Below are positions 15,520 to 29,749 of a DNA stretch of 64,000 nucleotides, piece by piece; within the stretch, counting starts at the first letter, position 1; every line of letters begins with the position of its first letter. Both the position numbers and the translations under genes were made by a program. Below the pieces are notes generated by a model that made no database searches, was not told the DNA's origin, and saw nothing but the letters and a program-made list of their open reading frames with translations. The stretch comes from the human T2T-CHM13v2.0 reference genome, Homo sapiens: assembly GCF_009914755.1 (NCBI RefSeq), contig NC_060942.1, one strand, 5' to 3'.

Positions 15520-16088
15520 ATCATCTACCTATTCTTCCAGTCATCCGTCCATCAATCCATCCATCCATCCATCCATCCATCCATCCATCCATCCATCCCT
15601 TGATCCGTCTATCTATTCTTCTATCCATCCATCCATTCACCTGTTCTACTATACATTCATCCATCCATCTATTCTTCTATTAATCCATCCATCAGTCTAG
15701 TCTATCCATCCATTCATCCATCCATCCATCCCTCCTTCTATCCATCCACCCATCCATCTATTCTTCTGTTTATCATCCATCAATCTATTACTCTATCGAT
15801 CCATCTATTCTATCCATCCACCCATTCACCTATTCTACTATACATTCATCCATCCATCCATCCATTCTTCTATTAATCTATCCATCAATCTAGTCCATCC
15901 ATCCATCCATCCATTCCACCTTCTATCCATTCACTCATCCATCCATCCATTCTTCTATTTATCATTCATCAATCTATTACTCTATCAATCCATCTATTCT
16001 ATCCGTCCATCCATCCATTCATCTATTCTCCTATCCATCCATTCATTCATTATCCTTGTAATCATCCATTCATCTTGTCGTCCATTCC
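15520..16088. repeat. (TCCA)n/(TCTA)n compound microsatellite with ~190-bp higher-order duplication
   Basis: Direct reading; block ccattcacct(g/a)ttctactatacattcatcc recurs at about 15633 and 15822. Confidence 0.9.
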
Positions 16089-16375
16089 TACTGTAACCAT
16101 TTCTGAAGTATTAGGATTCGGAGATTCTTGTCTTAAAGGGACTAAAAAACTTAAGAAGAGTTTATAATTAGCCATCTTGTTTTCTCCTTTTATCTATTAC
16201 TAAAAATCTAAACAATGCTCTGCTTTAAACAGACAACAACATAAAAGTAAAACAAAATCAAAATTGTTGTCCACTTTACTTGAACTGCTTCCTATTACTT
16301 ACATCCATGATGTCACTAACCATTAAAACTGAAGAGTTGTATTGAACTGTAATGAATCTAAGATCTTTATCCAAG

Positions 16376-16733
16376 TTACATGGCCTGAATGTGTGTGTCC
16401 TCTCAAAAATCACATGTTGAAACCTGATCTCCAATGCAATAGTATTACGAGGTGGGACCTTTGGGAGGTGATTAGCTTATGAGGGCTCTGCCCTGGCTAA
16501 TGGGATTGCAGCCCCCTAAAAGAGGCCTGAGGGAGCTTGTTCGTCCCTTCTGCCATGTGAGGATACATGGAAGGCTTCATCTGTGAGGAACGGGCCCTCA
16601 CCAGACACCCAGTGTGCTGGTCTCTTGATCGTGGACTCCTCAGCCTCCCCGAAACTGTGAGGAATATATATCCATTGTTCATAAATTACCCAGTATAAAG
16701 TATTTTGTTATAGCAGGCAAACAAACTGAGACA
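16376..16733 (+). mobile_element. MaLR LTR (MLT1A/MSTD-like)
   Basis: tgaatgtgtgtgtcctctcaaaa...gggacctttgggaggtgattag...ataaattacccagt...tattttgttatagcag...gagaca. Confidence 0.85.
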
Positions 16734-16743
16734 CCAAGACCCT

Positions 16744-16761
16744 TTTTCTCTCTCTCTCTCT

Positions 16762-16797
<36 letters not shown>
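16744..16797. repeat. (CT)n(CA)n microsatellite
   Basis: Direct reading. Confidence 0.95.
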
Positions 16798-16798
<1 letters not shown>

Positions 16799-16874
16799 GT
16801 GTAGCTATGGACATACTGACCCTAGTAAAAATCACCAACTATTTGACTTTGGTCCATTGAGAATAGAACTTAGC

Positions 16875-17121
16875 ATTTTGAAGGATTTGAAGGACCTGAC
16901 CCCTCTTTTATAGACTAGGGGGGTCAAGCATCTTGTGAAACACCCCAGCAGTCCCATACCTACTGTATTATGCCAGGACATCTCACTCTCAGTATTTTGA
17001 GGGATTTTAAGGACCTGACCCCTCTTTTATAGACCAGGGGGGTCAAGCGTCCTGTGAAACACCCCAGCAGTCCAGAACGTGCTGTACTATTATACTGATG
17101 CCAGGACATCTCACTCTCAGT
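16875..17121. repeat. Two-copy tandem duplication (~119-128 bp unit)
   Basis: attttga..ggattt.aaggacctgacccctcttttatagac...gtgaaacaccccagcagtcc...atgccaggacatctcactctcagt occurs twice head-to-tail. Confidence 0.93.
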
Positions 17122-18000
17122 CCACTTGCTCTTTTTCTCATCTTGGGATAAATTTAGTTTGGTGAGGAATTTGTGCAAAGTAGATTACACGGAGTACCAG
17201 TCTTAATGTTAAAGTCAGGTATATGCCTCTTTTTTTTGCATGTGGACAATATAAGAATGTATCCTTTAATATGGAAAAATAAGGTCTTAAACACTGCTTT
17301 TTGCAAAAATATTAAACCTGGATCCATTAATATTTTGAAAATCTGTACTAAATGAGAATTCATTTATTTCCAATAGAATTTTATTTATATGCATAATACT
17401 ATTTTTTTCAAAGTACTTTCTCATATATTAAATTGCTATAAGTATATCCTAGGAGTTAAGATATGTTTAGTTGTATATGTAATTTTAAGGAGGTTTAAAA
17501 TCTACATTCCCCCTGTCCTGCAAATCAGGAATTTATATGAGGTTAACCTCAAAAGTATATTTTAAGTGTAATTTTGGGGTGATTTTTACTTTTTTAAAAC
17601 TTTGCCCTTAGTGAGTTCTCCTCAAACACCACCGTGTGAGGAAGATACTGCTGAAGGCCTCCCCATCTGCCCTGTGGTGGAGTCATCTTTTTCCCATTGT
17701 TACCCAGGTATCTAGTACTGACTCTTGAAAAGATGAAAAGATGGCCTATTTTGACAGCTACAAATCATAAAAGTAACCATGTCCCCTAAAACACTCAACA
17801 TTCACAATACCAAGACAAATGGCCATGGCTGGCGCTGGTGTCCAAGGGCTGTGTACCAAGGCAATGCTGATTCCCTTTAACCATCGGCTGCCAATTTCAT
17901 CAGGGGCTGTGGCTACACAAAGTAAGTGGTGTGGAGCACCACCTGGGTGGATTTTGTCCTCCAAACAAATTAGGTGTTTATCTTTAAAATCCTCACACAG

Positions 18001-18665
<665 letters not shown>

Positions 18666-19561
18666 ATACAATCCTCACACATACACCAAATAGACGGAAT
18701 GATTGGCCACATTTTGATCTTTTCTATCAAATCCACATATGCAAATAACAATTGCATCCAGAAGGGGCATCATTAACATAAACAAGTAGAAAGGGCCTCT
18801 ATACACAGCCCAGGATATGAAGGGAAGTGTCAATATCAGTACCACCTCTGCTCTGTTCAGACAGGGATGGGTCATCCTGACTTTCTTCACCAGTAATCAA
18901 GACTTCGCCAGTGTTTATCCTAGAATATTGTGATTTCTATGTGGAATATTTACATTGTGTAGGTTTAAACTTCTAACTGGATTTCACAAACTTTTTTTTT
19001 TTTTGAAAGAGAGATGGTGGAAAGAGTGAAAATGGATCTGTGATATTCTACCCAGATTCGGAGAAACACAAGTTTAGGGTATACAAATCCCGATCAGATT
19101 TCTCTAGACCCTCTGCTAGCGTCAGAGACTCAAGTCTCTGCTCCCCACATCCTTGCCTTCCACGTCTGCCCTTTTAAAACCCTTTCAAGGAACACTGACC
19201 TGGCTCAGACAAAGTTGGCCTTTACAAGGGCGACCATGGGTAATGCTGACGGCATTCTTCAGAGAGGGCTGCCTGAGCTACCCAGGTGATGGGAGCAAGT
19301 GGGGTTGTCACCCAGGGACTAGGACCAAACACTTGAAACCTGCTGTGTCCCCGTCCTGGGACCACTTGAGGACCGGCCTCCCAGGCAACAGAGAGGCTGC
19401 ATTCCACCACGTGGTGCTGCCTTCTGCTGCCAACCATGGCCCCCAAAGCACAACTTGTTTCATTTCTTTTCCCCTAAAGTAAAGCAATTCATTTTATTCT
19501 TGAATTGTTCTACACACACAAAAAGGTCATCTCTTTTTTTGTCCTCAAAAAGTGTAAGTTT

Positions 19562-20021
19562 ATTATTATTTTTTAAATTTGTTGTTTCTATCGGTTATTG
19601 GGGAACAGGTGGTGTTTGGTCACGAGTAAGTTCTGTAGCGGTGATTTGTGAGATTTTGGTGCACCCATCACCCGAGAAGTGTACACTGTACCCTATTTAT
19701 AGTCTTTTATCCCTCACCCCCTTCCCATTCTTTCCCCAAGTTCCCAAAGTCCACTGTGTCCTTCTTATGCCTTTGTATCCACATAGCTTAGCTCCCACTT
19801 ATGAGTGAGAATATACAATGTTTGGTTTTCCATTCCTGAGTTACTTCACTTAGAATAATAGTCTCCAATCTCATCTGGGTCTCTGTGAATGCCATTAATT
19901 CATTCCTTTCTATGGCTGCATAGCATTCCATCGTATATATACCACAGCTTCTTTATCCACTCATTGATTGATGGGCATTTGGGTTGGTTCCACATTGATG
20001 GGCATTTGGGTTGGTTCCACA
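19562..20021 (-). mobile_element. L1PB-type 3' end
   Basis: Antisense L1PB 3'UTR (ggggaacaggtggtgtttggt...ttttggtgcacccatcacccgag); 27-bp tandem duplication at the truncation end. Confidence 0.85.
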
Positions 20022-20057
20022 TGAATGCTTATCTTACCATGCTAAATGCTAACATAA

Positions 20058-20385
<328 letters not shown>

Positions 20386-21704
20386 AATGCTAACATAAGC
20401 ATTTTGCAAAATATAGGATAACTAACACTACAATTTTGGTTTCCTTTCTTGTTTCTATTTTTAGTTAAACTAAAAAAAATTTGGTTTTCTTAGACTTCTG
20501 GGTGGCTATGTTGAAAATTTGTTTTTCAATCGTGGTAAAATATATGTATAATAAAATGTGCTATTTAACATTTCTAAGCGTACAATTAATTACATTCACA
20601 ATGTTGAGCAACCGTCACCACTCTCCATTTCCAAAACTTTTTCATGACTTCAAAGGGCAAATTTAAGTCCCATAAATAGACTTAGGCTTAATTAAGCAGA
20701 TGAAAGAAGAAGAAGCGAGCTGCAATGGGTGATCAAGGTGTTACGTTTACAAGGAACGTGAAACTCTGGGGTTTTTGAACTAAGTGATTAAGCCCACAGC
20801 TCAAAGCAAAACCCAGAATTAAAGCTCAAGTTCACATTCAAGGGAACATTAGTTAATTCACTTGGACCCACCGGTTCTGAATTTGCCCCATTTCTTCTGA
20901 ATACCTCTCTCTTCTCTCGGTCATATCGATGGAAGGGCCTTCAGTTTTCCCCTTGTATTGAATTCCGGAGGGTCTCACTTGCCCAGTGCTTTCTGTTTTG
21001 TTTTGTTCTCAGGTTATTTTTTTTTTCACAGAGAATACACTGCATCGAACACAGAACAAAAAGACTCACTACAACGCTGCAGCCACAATAGTGTGTGATT
21101 TCAAGTCTTAAAAACCAGAATCACTTTCTTCTCTGGACTGGAAGCATATTTATTTTGGCCGGTAAATGAGGACTTGTTCCCTGCCTGGGGTGGCGGGGCC
21201 GGGGAGAAGCTCTGTTCCGCTGGCTGTGGCGGCAGGCGGGCAGGCAGGTTCCAGTTTCCAGTTTGGCCCAATTCCTCCAAGCTAGCCCTGCTGTCACCTA
21301 CGGAAAACAGAGAACCTGGGGGGATTTGCTGAAGGCAGCTCCTGAGCCTTCCCACTCCCCACACGCCCTCACATCAGCAGCAGAGCCCGGGGCTGACGGA
21401 GTGGGTTTCTCTGGGAAGGACTCTGCCCTTGGATAGATCTGTATCTATGGTAACAGTAAGATGTTTGTGTGAATAACTGAAAAAAAAAAAAAAGTCTTTC
21501 AAATCTCTTCTTCTAAACTGTCAAGGCATGTTATTTCCAGCTTCAAATATTATTTTTAATAAATACTTATTTTTCCCATGTAAACACTCAGGCAACTCTC
21601 TTTAGAACTTATACGTTCCCAGGGTGCATAATGGGAGGTGTTTCAGTTACACACGAGGGAAACATGCCGTGAGTCAGAGGAAAGAGTAAATTATGTAAGA
21701 AAAG

Positions 21705-22446
21705 TGTTGTGTGTGTGCCTGCGTGTGTGCGTGTCTGCCTGCGTGTGTGCCTGCGGTGGAGGGGGCGATGTGCCTGCGTGTGTGCCTGCGTGTGTGTGTG
21801 TGTGCCTGCGTGTGTACCTGCGTGTCTGCCTGCGTGTGTGCCTGCGGTGGCGGGGGCGGTGTGCCTGCGTGTGTGCCTGCGTGTGTGTGTGTGTGCGTGT
21901 CTGCCTGCGTGTGTGCCTGCGGTGGAGGGGGCGATGTGCCTGCGTGTGTGCGTGTGTGCGTGTCTGCCTGCGTGTGTGCCTGTGGTGGCGGGGACGATGT
22001 GCCTGCGTGTGTGCCTGCGTGTGTGTGTGCCTGCGTGTGTACCTGCGTGTCTGCCTGCGTGTGTGCCTGCGGTGGCGGGGGCGATGTGCCTGCGTGTGTG
22101 CCTGCGTGTGTGTGTGCCTGCGTGTGTACCTGCGTGTCTGCCTGCGTGTGTGCCTGCGGTGGCGGGGGCGGTGTGCCTGCGTGTGTGCCTGCGTGTGTGT
22201 GTGTGTGCCTGTCTGCCTGCGTGTGTGCCTGCGGTGGAGGAGGCGATGTGCCTGCGTATGTGCGTGTGTGCGTGTCTGCCTGCGTGTGTGCCTGCGGTGG
22301 AGGGGGCGATGTGCCTGCGTGTGTACCTGCGTGTGTGTGTGTGCCTGCGTGTGTGCCTGCGGTGGAGGGGGCGATGTGCCTGCGTGTGTACCTGCGTGTC
22401 TGCCTGCGTGTGTGCCTGCGGTGGCGGGGGCGGTGTGCCTGCGTGG
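21705..22446. repeat. CpG-rich TG minisatellite (VNTR), 10 higher-order units
   Basis: cctgcgtgtgtg subunits punctuated ten times by cctgcggtgg(a/c)gggggcg(a/g)tgtg or close variants. Confidence 0.95.
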
Positions 22447-23331
22447 TGGGCTCCCTGGAGTGATGGGCATTAGCCTTCTCATGACTGCCGCCTGGGAGAC
22501 TGGTTATTCCAAAGGACCTGGCGCCCAACGCCAGCACGACCGAAGCCTTGAAGGAGAGCAGGCACCGTCCGCAGGTGTGGTCTTCCGCCCAGAGGGCCAG
22601 GAATGGCATCCTTGCATCCCGGTCATGCTGGTTCCCCAGACAAGGGCAGGGGTTCCAATTGGAATTTCTTCCTCCATCTAGGAAGAGAGGACTTTTGCGA
22701 TTGGTATATTCGGACCGGAGTATACACTCACCCACATTCAGTCTGGGTGAAGTGGGAACACTGGAAGGCAGAGGGGGACTGCGTGGTTGGTTCACTTTCT
22801 GGGGTGCCAGGTAGAGTCCCCTCTACCCTGAAGGTGCCTGCCTGCACACAGCTCTTTGAGTTGGACATCACGGGAAGGAATCCTTTTTCCGGTGAGGCAG
22901 GGTCTCAAGACAAGCACATTCTTTCATTCTTTCGCACAGGTCCGATGGAGAAAGGGGGTGGGGCCTCAGGTTAAAACGTGCCGCTGAGTTACACAGAGAG
23001 GCAGAGGGTGCCGCTGAGCCCTGCCCAAAAGCTCATGGCTGAGTGCATGTAGATGATGGGTGATGTCTCCTTCCCCTGAAGCCCCACGGAACACACGTCC
23101 ATTCCAGAGCACAGAGGAGGTGGGGTGGCCAGGGTGCGATGGGGCGGGAGAAGGTGTTGCCTGGAGTGGACTTAGGAAAGGTGGGAGGAGATGGAGCAGA
23201 TGGCATTGAAGGGGAATTGTGAGAGAGCCGGGAAACGCGACGATGGTATTTACCTGGCCAGGGCACAGGGAGGCCTTTCTCTATCCTGCTGATATTAGTC
23301 TGCTCCCTGGACCCATATCCCCTCTTTCCAA

Positions 23332-23752
23332 CTGCCTTAGTCTATTTTCAATTGCTTATAACAAAATACCTGAAACTGGATAATTTATAGGAAAGGGAAT
23401 TTATTTCTTCCAGTTATGGAGGCCTCTGAGAAGTCCAAGCTGGAGGTGTGGCATCTGGTTAGGGCCTTCTTGCTACTGGGGACTCAATAGGGAACACCAA
23501 GGCAATGCAGGGCTCCACATGGAGAGGGGGCTGAGCATGTTAACATGGCAATGTGCTAGCTCAAGCCTCTTCCTCCTCTTCTAAAGCCACCTGTTCCCCT
23601 CCCGTTATAACCCATTAATCCATGAACCCACCAGTCCATGAAGGGATTCATCCATTCATGAGGGTGGTGCCCTCTTAAAGGCGCCACTTCTCAGTGCTGC
23701 CACATTGGGGATTAAGTTTCAACAAGAGTTTTGGAGGGGACATTTAAGCAGG
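23332..23752 (-). mobile_element. MaLR LTR (MSTC/MSTD-like)
   Basis: ttagtctattttc..ttgcttataacaaaatacctgaaactggataatttata...cacattggggattaagtttcaaca. Confidence 0.8.
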
Positions 23753-24785
23753 AACGCCTCTCTCCCTGCCTTGCTCCTGCCAAACTTGTAAAACATTGCA
23801 GTCAACTCTGAGAAAAGGGATGGAGGCAGGGGACACGAAGATGTTTCTAAATGAGACGTCTGTCACAGTGGAGGGAGGTAGAGCAGAAGGGTTAGGACTC
23901 GGGCCCTGGGCCAGGCGGTCTCGTGCAAGCCCCGCCTCTCCCTTACTAGCAAAGTTGTGAGGACAGCGCCTGCACGCAACACTTGCTTACTAACTTGTAA
24001 CTGTTATTACAGAAAGCGTGGAGCCAAACAGATGGCAGAGGCCCAAGGAAGAGCGCGCTAAACCCGAAGTAGATCTGATTTCACATCTTGACTTGGCGAT
24101 TGTTTAGCTGGGTCAGGGTAAATGCCTCACTGTTCCTCGTCTGTAAATGAACACGGGTGCTGAGGTTGGGGTGAGCGCCTCACCGAGCCTCAGTTTCTCA
24201 TCTGTAAAATGGACACCTGTGCGCGCCTCGCGGCAGGGGCTGCTGAGCACGCGGATGGGTCCTCTGGAGGCTGGGCCGCCAAGAGGCGGCGGCTGCACCA
24301 TCTGATGCTAGAGAACGAGAACCGCAGTGCGTGCCCGACACAAAGGGAAGGACAGGGGACACTGGAACAGGGGAGACGACATGGAAGAAATCTGGGGGGA
24401 GCCAAAAGCCGCCATGCCGAGAAGGGGGTCGGAGGAGGCGCGGGAGAGAAAAGCCCAGGGCTGTACACTCGCATCCCTCTGCTGCCGGCCCTTCGGGTAC
24501 ATTCAAATACTGGGCATGAGTCCCGCAGACAAGGCTTTGAAAGGATATTGTTCTCCCATAAATAGAAGTGAAGGTGCTGGAAGAGGCACGAGCAGGAAAA
24601 TTATGGCTGGGCTGTGGACATCTATGGAGAAGACAGACTTGTGTGTCACTGTTGAGCAAAGGAGAGCCCTGCACACCTGCCCAGGGAGAAAGCACCCTGC
24701 CTTGGGCTACTTCTGGCTGCAGAGCCAGCCTGGCACATCCTGCAGTTCCTCCCGTCCAGACTCAGTAGCAATTTTGACGCCTCCT

Positions 24786-24969
24786 TTTTTTTTTTTTTTT
24801 TTTTTTTTTTGAGACGGAGTCTCGCATGCCCGGCTAATGTTTTGTATTTTTAGTAGAGATGGGGTTTCACGGTGTTAGCCAGGATGGTCTCGATATCCTG
24901 ACCCCGTGATCCGCCCGTCTCGGCCTCCCAAAGTGCTGGGATTACAGGAGTGAGCCACCGCGCCCGGCC
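24786..24969 (-). mobile_element. Young AluY with ~125-bp internal deletion of the right arm
   Basis: 25-nt pure T tail, gagacggagtctcgc joined directly to atgcccggctaat, complete left arm; TSD gacgcctcc. Confidence 0.92.
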
Positions 24970-27271
24970 GACGCCTCCATTTTTATAGGCACCTGAGCCC
25001 CCTGTTTTCTTTGCTTCCTTTCGCTCTAGAAAAAAATGTAAGCAATTTGAAGGCAGTCATCGTCCCTCACCCAGCTACACATTCATATACGTAGATGCAG
25101 AAACAGGTGTAACTTTAGGTTATAGGAGAAAGTACCTTCTAAATTTGCAGCAAGAGGCAGAAGCAGTCTTAAAAAGGGGGTTTGAGAAGCCAGCAGCTCA
25201 GTCTCAGGTTGTCTAGGGATCCCTTCCTGCCATGGTAGAAGCCTGAATTTTCAGATTTTCTCCAAGTATAAAGATAAAAAAGTAAATGAACCAAAACAGT
25301 TCAAAATTAAGTTGATATTATTTAAACACTTCATTATATATTCTGGTTTCTCTTCTGATTGCATAAAATCCAAAGGGAAATTCTTTGCCTTCTGGAAATG
25401 AATTTGTCCAAAGGAATCTCTAGCCTTGAATTTGTACCAAAAAAAAACACCCTAAAAACATATGAGTGATCAGCTGGCCCTGTTGGGGTCTTTCTGGCTG
25501 GAAGATGAATAAGGAAAGGCACATCTGACATTTCATTTCACTGACATTTTATTTTGTTCTCAGTCTTTTTTTCTGTTTCCTCAAGTACATTTTCTGCTAT
25601 GATGCTGCAAACAGGCACCAGGATGAGTCAGACCCATTTAAGATTGTTGAGCCTCACAGGTTTAGCGATTTAATTACGTGTTTTGTGGGATTTGCAAGCT
25701 GCGTGCAATCTCCCCGCGTGCCTCAGGTCCACAAGTGGCAGTGGCCCTTGTCTCTCTCTGGTTTTGTTTGGTGGTACATCAGGCCAGTCTCTGGAAGCCC
25801 GGAATTGAGGATGCAAGCATGTTCATGCGCGTGGTGTAGGATCGACGGGGAAGGAAATCGCTGGAGACCTTCCGCTCCCTCCTCCACCTGGGGCTGGGCC
25901 GTGAAAACGTGAGTGGGATACAGTGAGGGTTTGTTGTGTGTGTTTGTTTTGTGAACATGTTGATTAAGGGTGCTGGCCAATCATATAGAAAGAAACATCT
26001 GGCAGGCACTTGGAAATGTGGAAGGGGTGTTCAGGGCAAAGGACCATCCAGTTCGCCAAGTCCACAGAGGCTGATCTTAACGGCAGTCTCCGTTACAAGA
26101 TGCTGTTCAAGATGCTGTTCTAGATGCCAGAGATATTGCAGGAAGCAAACAAGTGCTTGGGACTCAGTTTCTAGATGGGGAGGCAGAGGGACCAAGGCAG
26201 CGACGCGTCTGTCAGCAGTGAGGTGCTAAGAGGTAGGAAGAGGGGCATGCAGAGGGGCAGGGAGTCAGGGAAGGTGGAAGGGGGATGGGAAGGGCATTGG
26301 AACAGGGGGAGGGCCCAAGGCTGTGGGGGAGAGGGCTTAGAGCAAGGGGACCTGTGGTGCTGCGGTCCCAAGAGCGGTGGTGACCAGTGCACGATGTCAT
26401 GAAGATACTAAGAACTGCTGCACTGTAAACTTTAAAGTGGTAGATGTCATGGTATGTGAATTGTATCCCAACACAAAAAAGTGATTCATCATAAAATGGT
26501 TGAAAGCAGTTTAAAAATATTGAGTGATATAAATTTAAAAATTAAAACCTCTTGATTCCTTCACTGACTTCACCTTCCTCATTGCTAATTTCCAAAGGGA
26601 AATCATGTTACCACTGTGCAGAAACCTTCTAGGACCAGTAAAGTATATATGTGAGCATCTTTTTTTCTTTTTGGCAAAAATAGGATCAAACTTTAAGTGG
26701 TGTTTTGCAGCTCGCTTTGTTTAAGGGACAATAAACATCTCCATGTCAATTCAAGTGCCTAACTGTTAAAGAAGTGCCTAGTATCCCATTGTCTGGCAGT
26801 CCTATCGCTTACTTAAGCAGCCCTTTATCAATGGACACTTAAATGTTTCCAAAATTTTGCCATGAGACTCTGAACTGAATATGCTTGTGCCGGCATCTCT
26901 GTAAACTGATGCAAGCATCTGCGTTGCATGAATTCCTGGAAGTAAAACTGATGGGCCAAAGGACATGTGTGTTTTAGATCTTGATAAATATTGCCAAATG
27001 GCTTTCCAAAAACTGTTCCTAATGGACAGGGTCCCAGCGGTCAAGCAGGCCCCGTTTCCTCCTACCCTGCGGGCTGAAGTCTTCGTCCTCTGAAGAAGTC
27101 TCCAAGACCACTTGACTGGGGGTGATGGAGAAGGCAGGGTGTGGGGAGATGAGCCTCAGCCCATCATGGCTTGAGCTAGGATGGCTGTATTTTCATTTGG
27201 ATATAAACTGTAATTCTGATAACAAGGTTTTTGAGCAAATAATTCTGCTTTAAAAAAAAATAAGAAAAATA

Positions 27272-27635
<364 letters not shown>

Positions 27636-27744
27636 CTAAAGCCATTTTCCCTCTCCCTTCCAGAGTCCCATTTAACCCTGCTGTGGCCTCCAAATGGCAC
27701 CCAAGGAGCTTCATGCCAGCATTCACACCTGTGTAGCCCCATTT

Positions 27745-28105
27745 CACACCTAACAGAGAGGACCTGTGTTACCACAGGTAATGCAGAATGATGGTATTAA
27801 GGACATTGCAGCTTCCGCCTTGTGTGGTCTGATCTCCCATTCTGGAGTAAGATAGCACTGTGTCCTGAGGGCAGAGGGGCAGCCCTTTGAGACCCCAGGT
27901 GAGGCAGAGCCGGCCTGGAAGTCACCCTTAGGCCCTCAGCCTGACCCACACCATGCCTGCGGTCTCGTGGGAGACCTTGAGCCAGCACCACCCCGCTGAA
28001 GTGCTCCTGAATCTCAGCCTGCAGAAACTGTGTGAGATAACCTGTGTTGATTGTTGTCTAAGCCTCTAAAGGCCGGATGAGTGTTAGGCAACAATGGATA
28101 ACTAG
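27745..28105 (+). mobile_element. MLT1-type MaLR LTR remnant
   Basis: gcagaaactgtgtgagataa...gttgtctaagcctctaa...gcaacaatggataact 3' signature. Confidence 0.6.
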
Positions 28106-29749
28106 TAGACCTGGACTTGTGTGGTTCGGGGTCCTAGATGCTAAAAATCTGGTTTTATGCTTGGATTTAAACCTACCTCTGCCTCTGCCCCGTCGGAGGT
28201 CCTTGGCATTTCCTCCCGGGTTAGGACACCTAGCCCCAGGCATCTCCTCTCATGACCTTTACCAATGTGGTGACAGTTCAGATGAAGGTCCTTGGCATGA
28301 ACAGGAGTTGTAAGGATGGATATAGTGACTCGGTGATTGAATACTAAACCCAAATTTAAAATAAACGTGGGTCATTTGGTCCTATAATCTTTGAAAAAGC
28401 AATTATGTATAACGGCAGAAGGTTTCAGCTGGATGTCAGATTATACGGATCTAAGAGTCAGTAGGAGGCCAGAAGAGTGGGAACTATTCTTTTCAATGTG
28501 ATGGTGGGAAGCGAAAACAGAGGGCTCTTTTTTTGTTTCTTGGTTGGTTTGTTTACTAAGGCATGGAGAGGTGAGCTTGTGTTGTGGGAATAAGAGAAGG
28601 GATTCGTGGGAGGAGATTGAAAATGCAATCTAGAGAGGGTCATGGGTGGAGAGGGGTGCAGAAAGATGGGGGTCAGCTTGACTCTTGTGGTTTCCCTGAA
28701 CTCTGCCTCATTCTAGAGATAACTGGGGTGAACTGGTGTCTCAGTGGGACTGTGGAATCCACAGGTGCAGAATGAGGTGCTTGTCCAGCTGAGGTGGGTC
28801 TTCCTGGAGTTGGAAGCATGGATGTACAGGAAGCCCTGTCACCAAGGCTGGCAATTCCACCTGAGGATCAACTCGAGAAGTGGCCATCAGAAACCTGTGA
28901 CGATGAACCCGTGGCTCTCCTTTTGCCTGCTGCACCCCAAGTGTGGGGACTGTACTTGGCACACAATAGGCATTTAATGCACATTGAATGGATGAAGTCT
29001 GAATGTGGTTGCTCAGAGTTGGTGATTACCGAAGTCAGAATGGAGGGAGGTCAAGGGGCTGTGTCTTGAGGGAAGAAGGAAGAACCTCGTGGCAATGGCT
29101 GAACTGGGAATCCAGAGGTAAACTGATCCAGCATGGGGGAGGGAGGCTTAGGGTCTGGAGATGATTTAATAAGAGTAGCAGGGCCCGAGAGGGAGGCAGC
29201 AGGAATGTGGCTGGAGGAGCCTCCAGGAGCCCTCTGCCAGGGTCGTGAGAACCCATGGGCTGGGGCCAGGGAGATGAGAGGTGGAGGCTGGGACCATGGT
29301 GTCCTCTTCTTAATCAAAAGCTGATGCATTTTGTTTCCTCTTGAAGGTCTCAGAGTCCCCACAAATCCCTGCCTTGTTCACAACAGTTGGGGCTTTGTGC
29401 TTCTCTCTGAAATAAAACTTTTATCTTAAAAAAAGAAAAGAGAATGTATCCAATATAGTATATCATAATCACAGTATTGGGAACTTTCCCAACCCTGGTG
29501 GGAAGGAGGAGGAAGTCGTGGGTTCACTGGGGCACAGGAAAAAAATGCCAGAGATGTCCACCCCTAATTTTTTTCCTCTCCTCTTCTGGGTTTCTGTTGT
29601 AATGGATTGAAAATACACAGGAGATGTAATGCAAAACTTGGCTTTGATTTTTTTTTCCCACCTAACTCTTTAAAGGTTTGGAAAGATTTGATTACATGGC
29701 AGGGAAAGTAAAAATGTGGATGAGATATCCTGACGCTCAGGCCACATGA

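Noticed and set aside
21638-22795. Five long ORFs (250-373 aa) on both strands
   Set aside because: Produced by a stop-free TG/GC minisatellite; low-complexity peptides with no gene structure.
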